This document shows positions 25,939-39,000 of a DNA stretch of 64,000 nt, one piece after another (positions within the stretch are counted from its first letter, which is position 1; every line of letters begins with the position of its first letter). The notes below the pieces were generated by a model that was not told the DNA's origin, did no database searches, and saw nothing but the letters and a program-made list of their open reading frames with translations. The translations under genes were made by a program, and so were the position numbers. The stretch is from the NCBI GenBank assembly GCA_040954595.2, contig CM082581.2, positions 11,716,286-11,780,285 on the forward strand, written 5' to 3'. The stretch comes from Balanoglossus misakiensis (lineage: Eukaryota; Animalia; Hemichordata).

Positions 25939-28900
25939 GAGAATTTGTCATTTTTTGATCGTTCATGAGCTGTAACCCATGCATATGACATGAAAATGCC
26001 AAAATGAGCAAAATTTTCATAGTTGAGAATTTGTCATTTTTTGAGCGTTCATGAGCTGTAACCCATGCATATGACATGAAAATGCCACAATGAGCAAAAT
26101 TTTCAAAGTCGAGAATTTGTCATTTTTTGAGCGTTCATGAGCTGTAACCCATGCATATGACATGAAAATGCCACAATGAGCAAAATTTTCAAAGTCGAGA
26201 ATTTGTCATTTTTTGAGCGTTCATGAGCTGTAACCCATGCATATGACATGAAAATGCCACAATGAGCAAAATTTTCAAAGTCGAGAATTTGTCATTTTTT
26301 GAGCGTTCATGAGCTGTAACCCATGCATATGACATGAAAATGCCACAATGAGCAAAATTTTCAAAGTCGAGAATTTGTCATTTTTTGAGCGTTCATGTGC
26401 TGTAACCCATGCATATGACATGAAAATGCCACAATGAGCAAAATTTTCAAAGTCGAGAATTTGTCATTTTTTGATCGTTCATGAGCTGTAACCCATGCAT
26501 ATGACATGAAAATGCCACAATGAGCAAAATTTTCAAAGTCGAGAATTTGTCATTTTTTGAGCGTTCATGAGCTGTAACCCATGCATATGACATGAAAATG
26601 CCACAATGAGCAAAATTTTCAAAGTCGAGAATTTGTCACTTTTTGAGCGTTCATGAGCTGTAACCCATGCATATGACATGAAAATGCCACAATGAGCAAA
26701 ATTTTCAAAGTCGAGAATTTGTCATTTTTTGAGCGTTCATGAGCTGTAACCCATGCATATGACATGAAAATGCCACAATGAGCAAAATTTTCAAAGTCGA
26801 GAATTTGTCATTTTTTGAGCGTTCATGAGCTGTAACCCATGCATATGACATGAAAATGCCACAATGAGCAAAATTTTCAAAGTCGAGAATTTGTCATTTT
26901 TTGAGCGTTCATGAGCTGTAACCCATGCATATGACATGAAAATGCCACAATGAGCAAAATTTTCGAAGTCGAGAATTTGTCATTTTTTGAGCGTTCATGA
27001 GCTGTAACCCATGCATATGACATGAAAATGCCACAATGAGCAAAATTTTCAAAGTCGAGAATTTGTCATTTTTTGAGCGTTCATGAGCTGTAACCCATGC
27101 ATATGACATGAAAATGCCACAATGAGCAAAATTTTCAAAGTCGAGAATTTGTCATTTTTTGAGCGTTCATGAGCTGTAACCCATGCATATGACATGAAAA
27201 TGCCAAAATGAGCAAAATTTTCATAGTCGAGAATTTGTCATTTTTTGAGCGTTCATGAGCTGTAACCCATGCATATGACATGAAAATGCCACAATGAGCA
27301 AAATTTTCAAAGTCGAGAATTTGTCATTTTTTGAGCGTTCATGAGCTGTAACCCATGCATATGACATGAAAATGCCAAAATGAGCAAAATTTTCATAGTC
27401 GAGAATTTGTCATTTTTTGAGCGTTCATGAGCTGTAACCCATGCATATGACATGAAAATGCCACAATGAGCAAAATTTTCAAAGTCGAGAATTTGTCATT
27501 TTTTGAGCGTTCATGAGCTGTAACCCATGCATATGACATGAAAATGCCAAAATGAGCAAAATTTTCAAAGTCGAGAATTTGTCATTTTTTGAGCGTTCAT
27601 GAGCTGTAACCCATGCATATGACATGAAAATGCCACAATGAGCAAAATTTTCAAAGTCGAGAATTTGTCATTTTTTGAGCGTTCATGAGCTGTAACCCAT
27701 GCATATGACATGAAAATGCCAAAATGAGCAAAATTTTCATAGTCGAGAATTTGTCATTTTTTGAGCGTTCATGAGCTGTAACCCATGCATATGACATGAA
27801 AATGCCACAATGAGCAAAATTTTCAAAGTCGAGAATTTGTCATTTTTTGAGCGTTCATGAGCTGTAACCCATGCATATGACATGAAAATGCCACAATGAG
27901 CAAAATTTTCAAAGTCGAGAATTTGTCATTTTTTGAGCGTTCATGAGCTGTAACCCATGCATATGACATGGAAATGCCAAAATGAGCAAAATTTTCAAAG
28001 TCGAGAATTTGTCATTTTTTGAGCGTTCATGAGCTGTAACCCATGCATATGGCATGGAAATGCCAAAATGAGCAAAATTTTCAAAGTCGAGAATTTGTCA
28101 TTTTTTGAGCGTTCATGAGCTGTAACCCATGCATATGACATGGAAATGCCAAAATGAGCAAAATTTTCAAAGTCGAGAATTTGTCATTTTTTGAGCGTTC
28201 ATGAGCTGTAACCCATGCATATGACATGGAAATGCCAAAATGAGCAAAATTTTCAAAGTCGAGAATTTGTCATTTTTTGAGCGTTCATGAGCTGTAACCC
28301 ATGCATATGACATGGAAATGCCAAAGTGAGCAAAATTTTCAAAGTCGAGAATTTGTCATTTTTTGAGCGTTCATGAGCTGTAACCCATGCATATGACATG
28401 GAAATGCCAAAGTGAGCAAAATTTTCAAAGTCGAGAATTTGTCATTTTTTGAGCGTTCATGAGCTATAACCCATGCATATGACATGGAAATGCCAAAATG
28501 AGCAAAATTTTCAAAGTCGAGAATTTGTCATTTTTTGAGCGTTCATGAGCTGTAACCCATGCATATGGCATGGAAATGCCAAAATGAGCAAAATTTTCAA
28601 AGTCGAGAATTTGTCATTTTTTGAGCGTTCATGAGCTGTAACCCATGCATATGACATGGAAATGCCAAAATGAGCAAAATTTTCAAAGTCGAGAATTTGT
28701 CATTTTTTGAGCGTTCATGAGCTGTAACCCATGCATATGACATGGAAATGCCAAAATGAGCAAAATTTTCAAAGTCGAGAATTTGTCATTTTTTGAGCGT
28801 TCATGAGCTATAACCCATGCATATGACATGGAAATGCCAAAATGAGCAAAATTTTCAAAGTCGAGAATTTGTCATTTTTTGAGCGTTCATGAGCTGTAAC

Positions 28901-30023
28901 CCATGCATATGACATGGAAATGCCAAAGTGAGCAAAATTTTCAAAGTCGAGAATTTGTCATTTTTTGAGCGTTCATGAGCTGTAACCCATGCATATGACA
29001 TGGAAATGCCAAAGTGAGCAAAATTTTCAAAGTCGAGAATTTGTCATTTTTTGAGCGTTCATGAGCTGTAACCCATGCATATGGCATGGAAATGCCAAAA
29101 TGAGCAAAATTTTCAAAGTCGAGAATTTGTCATTTTTTGAGCGTTCATGAGCTGTAACCCATGCATATGACATGGAAATGCCAAAGTGAGCAAAATTTTC
29201 AAAGTCGAGAATTTGTCATTTTTTGAGCGTTCATGAGCTGTAACCCATGCATATGACATGGAAATGCCAAAGTGAGCAAAATTTTCAAAGTCGAGAATTT
29301 GTCATTTTTTGAGCGTTCATGAGCTGTAACCCATGCATATGACATGGAAATGCCAAAGTGAGCAAAATTTTCAAAGTCGAGAATTTGTCATTTTTTGAGC
29401 GTTCATGAGCTATAACCCATGCATATGACATGGAAATGCCAAAATGAGCAAAATTTTCAAAGTCGAGAATTTGTCATTTTTTGAGCGTTCATGAGCTGTA
29501 ACCCATGCATATGACATGGAAATGCCAAAATGAGCAAAATTTTCAAAGACGAGAATTTGTCATTTTTTGAGCGTTCATGAGCTATAACCCATGCATATGA
29601 CATGGAAATGCCAAAATGAGCAAAATTTTCAAAGTCGAGAATTTGTCATTTTTTGAGCGTTCATGAGCTGTAACCCATGCATATGACATGGAAATGCCAA
29701 AGTGAGCAAAATTTTCAAAGTCGAGAATTTGTCATTTTTTGAGCGTTCATGAGCTGTAACCCATGCATATGACATGGAAATGCCAAAATGAGCAAAATTT
29801 TCAAAGTCGAGAATTTGTCATTTTTTTAGCGTTCATGAGCTGTAACCCATGCATATGACATGGAAATGCCAAAATGAGCAAAATTTTCAAAGTCGAGAAT
29901 TTGTCATTTTTTGAGCGTTCATGAGCTGTAACCCATGCATATGACAATAAAATGCCAAAATGAGCAAAATTTTCAAAGTCGAGAATTTGTCATTTTTTGA
30001 GCATTCATGAGCTATAACCCATG
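25939..30023. repeat. Satellite A, left block: 86-bp monomer, about 47 head-to-tail copies
   Basis: Monomer GAGAATTTGTCATTTTTTGAGCGTTCATGAGCTGTAACCCATGCATATGACATG(A/G)AAATGCCA(C/A)A(A/G)TGAGCAAAATTTTCAAAGTC; period 86 (e.g. 26111 to 26197); no spacers. Confidence 0.98.
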
Positions 30024-33000
30024 GTTTTTTCAAAAAAATGAAGAAATTTTGATATTTCGCAAAGTCGAAAAATTGTCATTTTGGGATGATTTTCATGGGC
30101 TATAACCCATGGTTTTTTCAAAAAAATGAAGAAATTTTGATATTTCGCAAAGTCGAAAAATTGTCATTTTGGGATGATTTTCATGGGCTATAACCCATGG
30201 TTTTTTCAAAAAAATGAAGAAATTTTGATATTTCGCAAAGTCGAAAAATTGTCATTTTGGGATGATTTTCATGGGCTATAACCCATGGTTTTTTCAAAAA
30301 AATGAAGAAATTTTGATATTTCGCAAAGTCGCAAAATTGTCATTTTGGGATGATTTTCATGGGCTATAACCCATGGTTTTTTCAAAAAAATGAAGAAATT
30401 TTGATATTTCGCAAAGTCGAAAAATTGTCATTTTGGGATGATTTTCATGGGCTATAACCCATGGTTTTTTCAAAAAAATGAAGAAATTTTGATATTTCGC
30501 AAAGTCGAAAAATTGTCATTTTGGGATGATTTTCATGGGCTATAACCCATGGTTTTTTCAAAAAAATGAAGAAATTTTGATATTTCGCAAAGTCGAAAAA
30601 TTGTCATTTTGGGATGATTTTCATGGGCTATAACCCATGGTTTTTTCAAAAAAATGAAGAAATTTTGATATTTCGCAAAGTCGAAAAATTGTCATTTTGG
30701 GATGATTTTCATGGGCTATAACCCATGGTTTTTTCAAAAAAATGAAGAAATTTTGATATTTCGCAAAGTCGCAAAATTGTCATTTTGGGATGATTTTCAT
30801 GGGCTATAACCCATGGTTTTTTCAAAAAAATGAAGAAATTTTGATATTTCGCAAAGTCGCAAAATTGTCATTTTGGGATGATTTTCATGGGCTATAACCC
30901 ATGGTTTTTTCAAAAAAATGAAGAAATTTTGATATTTCGCAAAGTCGCAAAATTCTCATTTTGGGATGATTTTCATGGGCTATAACCCATGGTTTTTTCA
31001 AAAAAATGAAGAAATTTTGATATTTCGCAAAGTCGAAAAATTGTCATTTTGGGATGATTTTCATGGGCTATAACCCATGGTTTTTTCAAAAAAATGAAGA
31101 AATTTTGATATTTCGCAAAGTCGCAAAATTGTCATTTTGGGATGATTTTCATGGGCTATAACCCATGGTTTTTTCAAAAAAATGAAGAAATTTTGATATT
31201 TCGCAAAGTCGCAAAATTGTCATTTTGGGATGATTTTCATGGGCTATAACCCATGGTTTTTTCAAAAAAATGAAGAAATTTTGATATTTCGCAAAGTCGC
31301 AAAATTGTCATTTTGGGATGATTTTCATGGGCTATAACCCATGGTTTTTTCAAAAAAATGAAGAAATTTTGATATTTCGCAAAAGTCGAAAAATTGTCAT
31401 TTTGGGATGATTTTCATGGGCTATAACCCATGGTTTTTTCAAAAAAATGAAGAAATTTTGATATTTCGCAAAGTCGAAAAATTGTCATTTTGGGATGATT
31501 TTCATGGGCTATAACCCATGGTTTTTTCAAAAAAATGAAGAAATTTTGATATTTCGCAAAGTCGAAAAATTGTCATTTTGGGGATGATTTTCATGGGCTA
31601 TAACCCATGGTTTTTCAAAAAATGAAGAAATTTTGATATTTCGCAAAGTCGCAAAATTGTCATTTTGGGATGGATTTTCATGGGCTATAACCCATGGTTT
31701 TTTCAAAAAAATGAAGAAATTTTGATATTTCGCAAAGTCGCAAAATTGTCATTTTGGGATGATTTTCATGGGCTATAACCCATGTTTTTTCAAAAAAATG
31801 AAGAAATTTTGATATTTCGCAAAGTCGAAAAATTGTCATTTTGGGATGATTTTCATGGGCTGTAACCCATGGTTTTTTCAAAAAATGAAGAAATTTTGAT
31901 ATTTCGCAAAGTCGAAAAATTGTCATTTTGGGTTGATTTTCATGGGCTATAACCCATGGTTTTTTCAAAAAAATGAAGAAATTTTGATATTTCGCAAAGT
32001 CGAAAAATTGTCATTTTGGGATGATTTTCATGGGCTATAACCCATGTTTTTTCAAAAAAATGAAGAAATTTTGATATTTCGCAAAGTCGCAAAATTGTCA
32101 TTTTGGGATGATTTTCATGGGCTATAACCCATGTTTTTTCAAAAAAATGAAGAAATTTTGATATTTCGCAAAGTCGCAAAATTGTCATTTTGGGATGATT
32201 TTCATGGGCTATAACCCATGGTTTTTTCAAAAAAATGAAGAAATTTTGATATTTCGCAAAGTCGCAAAATTGTCATTTTGGGATGATTTTCATGGGCTAT
32301 AACCCATGGTTTTTTCAAAAAAATGAAGAAATTTGATATTTCGCAAAGTCGAAAAATTGTCATTTTGGGATGATTTTCATGGGCTGTAACCCATGGTTTT
32401 TTCAAAAAAATGAAGAAATTTTGATATTTCGCAAAGTCGAAAAATTGTCATTTTGGGTTGATTTTCATGGGCTATAACCATGGTTTTTTCAAAAAAATGA
32501 AGAAATTTTGATATTTCGCAAAGTCGAAAAATTGTCATTTTGGGATGATTTTCATGGGCTATAACCCATGTTTTTTCAAAAAATGAAGAAATTTTGATAT
32601 TTCGCAAAGTCGCAAAATTGTCATTTTGGGATGATTTTCATGGGCTATAACCCATGTTTTTTCAAAAAAATGAAGAAATTTTGATATTTCGCAAAGTCGC
32701 AAAATTGTCATTTTGGGATGATTTTCATGGGCTATAACCCATTGTTTTTTCAAAAAAATGAAAGAAATTTTGATATTTCGCAAAGTCGAAAAATTGTCAT
32801 TTTGGGATGATTTTCATGGGCTATAACCCATGGTTTTTCAAAAAAATGAAGAAATTTTGATATTTCGCAAAGTCGCAAAATTGTCATTTTGGGATGATTT
32901 TCATGGGCTATAACCCATGTTTTTTTCAAAAAATGAAGAAATTTTGATATTTCGCAAAGTCGCAAAATTGTCATTTTGGGATGATTTTCATGGGCTATAA

Positions 33001-36000
33001 CCCATTGTTTTTTCAAAAAAATGAAGAAATTTTGATATTTCGCAAAGTCGAAAAATTGTCATTTTGGGATGATTTTCATGGGCTATAACCCATGGTTTTT
33101 TCAAAAAAATGAAGAAATTTTGATATTTCGCAAAGTCGAAAAATTGTCATTTTGGGATGATTTTCATGGGCTATAACCATGGTTTTTTCAAAAAAATGAA
33201 GAAATTTTGATATTTCGCAAAGTCGAAAATTGTCATTTTGGAATGATTTTCATGGGCTATAACCCATGGTTTTTTGTAAAAAATGAAGAAATTTTGATAT
33301 TTCGCAAAGTCGAAAAATTGTCATTTTGGGATGATTTTCATGGGCTATAACCCATGGTTTATTCAAAAAAATGAAGAAATTTTGATATTTCGCAAAGTCG
33401 AAAATTGTCATTTTGGGATGATTTTCATGGGCTATAACCCATGGTTTTTTCAAAAAATGAAGAAATTTTGATATTTCGCAAAGTCGAAAAATTGTCATTT
33501 TGGGATGATTTTCATGGGCTATAACCCATGGTTTTTTTCAAAAAAATGAAGAAATTTTGATATTTCGCAAAGTCGAAAAAATTGTCATTTTGGGATGATT
33601 TTCATGGGCTATAACCCATGGTTTTTTCAAAAAAATGAAGAAATTTTGATATTTCGCAAAGTCGAAAAATTGTCATTTTGGGATGATTTTCATGGGCTAT
33701 AACCCATGGTTTTTTCAAAAAAATGAAGAAATTTTGATATTTCGCAAAGTCGAAAAATTGTCATTTTGGGATGATTTTCATGGGCTATAACCCATGGTTT
33801 TTTCAAAAAAATGAAGAAATTTTGATATTTCGCAAAGTCGAAAAATTGTCATTTTGGGATGATTTTCATGGGCTATAACCCATGGTTTTTTCAAAAAAAT
33901 GAAGAAATTTTGATATTTCGCAAAGTCGAAAAATTGTCATTTTGGGATGATTTTCATGGGCTATAACCCATGGTTTTTTCAAAAAAATGAAGAAATTTTG
34001 ATATTTCGCAAAGTCGAAAATTGTCATTTTGGGATGATTTTCATGGGCTATAACCCATGGTTTTTTCAAAAAAATGAAGAAATTTTGATATTTTCGATGA
34101 TTTTCATGGGCTATAACCCATGGTTTTTTCAAAAAAATGAAGAAATTTTGATATTTCGCAAAGTCGCAAAATTGTCATTTTGGGATGATTTTCATGGGCT
34201 ATAACCCATGGTTTTTTCAAAAAAATGAAGAAATTTTGATATTTCGCAAAGTCGAAAAATTGTCATTTTGGGATGATTTTCATGGCTGTAACCCATGGTT
34301 TTTTCAAAAAATGAAGAAATTTTGATATTTCGCAAAGTCGAAAAATTGTCATTTTGGGTTGATTTTCATGGGCTATAACCCATGGTTTTTCAAAAAAATG
34401 AAGAAATTTTGATATTTCGCAAAGTCGAAAAATTGTCATTTTGGGATGATTTTCATGGGCTATAACCCATGGTTTTTTCAAAAAAATGAAGAAAATTTTG
34501 ATATTTCGCAAAGTCGCAAAATTGTCATTTTGGGATGATTTTCATGGGCTATAACCCATGGTTTTTTCAAAAAAATGAAGAAATTTTGATATTTCGCAAA
34601 GTCGCAAAATTGTCATTTTGGGATGATTTTCATGGGCTATAACCCATGGTTTTTCAAAAAAAATGAAGAAATTTTGATATTTCGCAAAGTCGAAAAATTG
34701 TCATTTTGGGATGATTTTCATGGGCTATAACCCATGGTTTTTTCAAAAAAATGAAGAAATTTTGATATTTCGCAAAGTCGAAAAATTGTCATTTTGGGAT
34801 GATTTCATGGCTATAACCCATGGTTTTTTCAAAAAAATGAAGAAATTTTGATATTTCGCAAAGTCGAAAAATTGTCATTTTGGGATGATTTTCATGGGCT
34901 ATAACCCATGGTTTTTTCAAAAAAATGAAGAAATTTTGATATTTCGCAAAGTCGAAAAATTGTCATTTTGGGATGATTTTCATGGGCTATAACCCATGGT
35001 TTTTTCAAAAAAATGAAGAAATTTTGATATTTCGCAAAGTCGAAAAATTGTCATTTTGGGATGATTTTCATGGGCTATAACCCATGGTTATTCAAAAAAA
35101 TGAAGAAATTTTGATATTTCGCAAAGTCGAAAAATTGTCATTTTGGGATGATTTTCATGGGCTATAACCCATGGTTTTTTAAAAAAAAATGAAGAAATTT
35201 TGATATTTCGCAAAGTCGAAAAATTGTCATTTTGGGATGATTTTCATGGGCTATAACCCATGGTTTTTCAAAAAATGAAGAAATTTTGATATTCGCAAAG
35301 TCGAAAAATTGTCATTTTGGGATGATTTTCATGGGCTATAACCCATGGTTTTTTCAAAAAAATGAAGAAATTTTGATATTTCGCAAAGTCGAAAAATTGT
35401 CATTTTGGGATGATTTTCATGGGCTATAACCCATGGTTTTTCAAAAAAATGAAGAAATTTTGATATTTCGCAAAGTCGCAAAATTGTCATTTTGGGATGA
35501 TTTTCATGGGCTATAACCCATGTTTTTTCAAAAAAATGAAGAACTTTTGATATTTCGCAAAGTCGCAAAATTGTCATTTTGGGATGATTTTCATGGGCTA
35601 TAACCCATGGTTTTTTCAAAAAATGAAGAAATTTTGATATTTCGCAAAGTCGCAAAATTGTCATTTTGGGATGATTTTCATGGGCTATAACCCATGGTTT
35701 TTTCAAAAAAATGAAGAAATTTTGATATTTCGCAAAGTCGAAAAATTGTCATTTTGGGATGATTTTCATGGGCTATAACCCATGGTTTTTTCAAAAAAAT
35801 GAAGAAATTTTGATATTTCGCAAAGTCGAAAAATTGTCATTTTGGGATGATTTTCATGGGCTATAACCCATGGTTTTTTCAAAAAAATGAAGAAATTTTG
35901 ATATTTCGCAAAGTCGAAAAATTGTCATTTTGGATGATTTTCATGGGCTATAACCCATGGTTTTTCAAAAAAATGAAGAAATTTTGATATTTCGCAAAGT

Positions 36001-39000
36001 CGCAAAATTGTCATTTTGGGGATGATTTTCATGGGCTATAACCCATGGTTTTTTCAAAAAAATGAAGAAATTTTGATATTTCGCAAAGTCGCAAAATTGT
36101 CATTTTGGATGATTTTCATGGGCTATAACCCATGGTTTTTCAAAAAAATGAAGAAATTTTGATATTTCGCAAAGTCGAAAAATTGTCATTTTGGGATGAT
36201 TTTCATGGGCTATAACCCATGGTTTTTTCAAAAAAATGAAGAAATTTTGATATTTCGCAAAGTCGAAAAATTGTCATTTTGGGATGATTTTCATGGCTAT
36301 AACCCCATGGTTTTTTCAAAAAAATGAAGAAATTTTGATATTTCGCAAAGTCGAAAAATGTCATTTTGGGATGATTTTCATGGGCTATAACCCATGGTTT
36401 TTCAAAAAAATGAAGAAATTTTGATATTTCGCAAAGTCGAAAAATTGTCATTTTGGGATGATTTTCATGGGCTATAAACCATGGTTTATTTCAAAAAAAA
36501 TGAAGAAATTTTGATATTTCGCAAAGTCGAAAAATTGTCATTTTGGGATGATTTTCATGGGCTATAACCCATGGTTTTTTCAAAAAAATGAAGAAATTTT
36601 GATATTTCGCAAAGTCGAAAAATTGTCATTTTGGGATGATTTTCATGGGCTATAACCCATGGTTTTTTCAAAAAAATGAAGAAATTTTGATATTTCGCAA
36701 AGTCGAAAAATTGTCATTTTGGGATGATTTTCATGGGCTATAACCCATGGTTTTTTCAAAAAAATGAAGAAATTTTGATATTTCGCAAAGTCGCAAAATT
36801 GTCATTTTGGGATGATTTTCATGGGCTATAACCCATGTTTTTTTCAAAAAAATGAAGAAATTTTGATATTTCGCAAAGTCGCAAAATTGTCATTTTGGGA
36901 TGATTTTCATGGGCTATAACCCATGGTTTTTTCAAAAAAATGAAGAAATTTTGATATTTCGCAAAGTCGAAAAATTGTCATTTTGGGATGATTTTCATGG
37001 GCTATAACCCATGGTTTTTTCAAAAAAATGAAGAAATTTTGATATTTCGCAAAGTCGAAAAATTGTCATTTTGGGATGATTTTCATGGGCTATAACCCAT
37101 GGTTTTTCAAAAAAATGAAGAAATTTTGATATTTCGCAAAGTCGAAAAATTGTCATTTTGGGATGATTTTCATGGGCTATAACCCATGGTTTTTTCAAAA
37201 AAATGAAGAAATTTTGATATTTCGCAAAGTCGAAAAATTGTCATTTTGGGATGATTTTCATGGGCTATAACCCATGGTTTTTTCAAAAAAATGAAGAAAT
37301 TTTGATATTTCGCAAAGTCGAAAAATTGTCATTTTGGGATGATTTTCATGGGCTATAACCCATGGTTTATTCAAAAAAATGAAGAAATTTTGATATTTCG
37401 CAAAGTCGAAAAATTGTCATTTTGGGATGATTTTCATGGGCTATAACCCATGGTTTTTTCAAAAAAATGAAGAAATTTTGATATTTCGCAAAGTCGAAAA
37501 ATTGTCATTTTGGGATGATTTTCATGGGCTATAACCCATGGTTTTTTCAAAAAAATGAAGAAATTTTGATATTTCGCAAAGTCGAAAAATTGTCATTTTG
37601 GGATGATTTTCATGGGCTATAACCCATGGTTTTTTCAAAAAAATGAAGAAATTTTGATATTTCGCAAAGTCGAAAAATTGTCATTTTGGGATGATTTTCA
37701 TGGGCTATAACCCATGGTTTTTTCAAAAAAATGAAGAAATTTTGATATTTCGCAAAGTCGCAAAATTGTCATTTTGGGATGATTTTCATGGGCTATAACC
37801 CATGGTTTTTTCAAAAAAATGAAGAAATTTTGATATTTCGCAAAGTCGCAAAATTGTCATTTTGGGATGATTTTCATGGGCTATAACCCATGGTTTTTTC
37901 AAAAAAATGAAGAAATTTTGATATTTCGCAAAGTCGAAAAATTGTCATTTTGGGAAGATTTTCATGGGCTATAACCCATGGTTTTTTCAAAAAAATGAAG
38001 AAATTTTGATATTTCGCAAAGTCGAAAAATTGTCATTTTGGGATGATTTTCATGGGCTATAACCCATGGTTTTTTCAAAAAAATGAAGAAATTTTGATAT
38101 TTCGCAAAGTCGAAAAATTGTCATTTTGGGATGATTTTCATGGGCTATAACCCATGGTTTTTTCAAAAAAATGAAGAAATTTTGATATTTCGCAAAGTCG
38201 AAAAATTGTCATTTTGGGATGATTTTCATGGGCTATATAACCCATGGTTTTTTCAAAAAAATGAAGAAATTTTGATATTTCGCAAAGTCGAAAAATTGTC
38301 ATTTTGGGATGATTTTCATGGGCTATAACCCATGGTTTTTTCAAAAAAATGAAGAAATTTTGATATTTCGCAAAGTCGAAAAATTGTCATTTTGGGATGA
38401 TTTTCATGGGCTATAACCCATGGTTTTTTCAAAAAAATGAAGAAATTTTGATATTTCGCAAAGTCGAAAAATTGTCATTTTGGGATGATTTTCATGGGCT
38501 ATAACCCATGGTTTTTTCAAAAAAATGAAGAAATTTTGATATTTCGCAAAGTCGAAAAATTGTCATTTTGGGATGATTTTCATGGGCTATAACCCATGGT
38601 TTTTTCAAAAAAATGAAGAAATTTTGATATTTCGCAAAGTCGAAAAATTGTCATTTTGGGATGATTTTCATGGGCTATAACCCATGGTTTTTTCAAAAAA
38701 ATGAAGAAATTTTGATATTTCGCAAAGTCGAAAAATTGTCATTTTGGGATGATTTTCATGGGCTATAACCCATGGTTTTTTCAAAAAAATGAAGAAATTT
38801 TGATATTTCGCAAAGTCGAAAAATTGTCATTTTGGGATGATTTTCATGGGCTATAACCCATGGTTTTTTCAAAAAAATGAAGAAATTTTGATATTTCGCA
38901 AAGTCGAAAAATTGTCATTTTGGGATGATTTTCATGGGCTATAACCCATGGTTTTTTCAAAAAAATGAAGAAATTTTGATATTTCGCAAAGTCGAAAAAT

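Noticed and set aside
31678-38344. Repeat-protein ORFs (MKKPWVIAHENHPKMTIFRLCEISKF...)
   Set aside because: Translations of an 88-bp satellite (not a multiple of 3); ORFs appear only where homopolymer indels skip stop codons.
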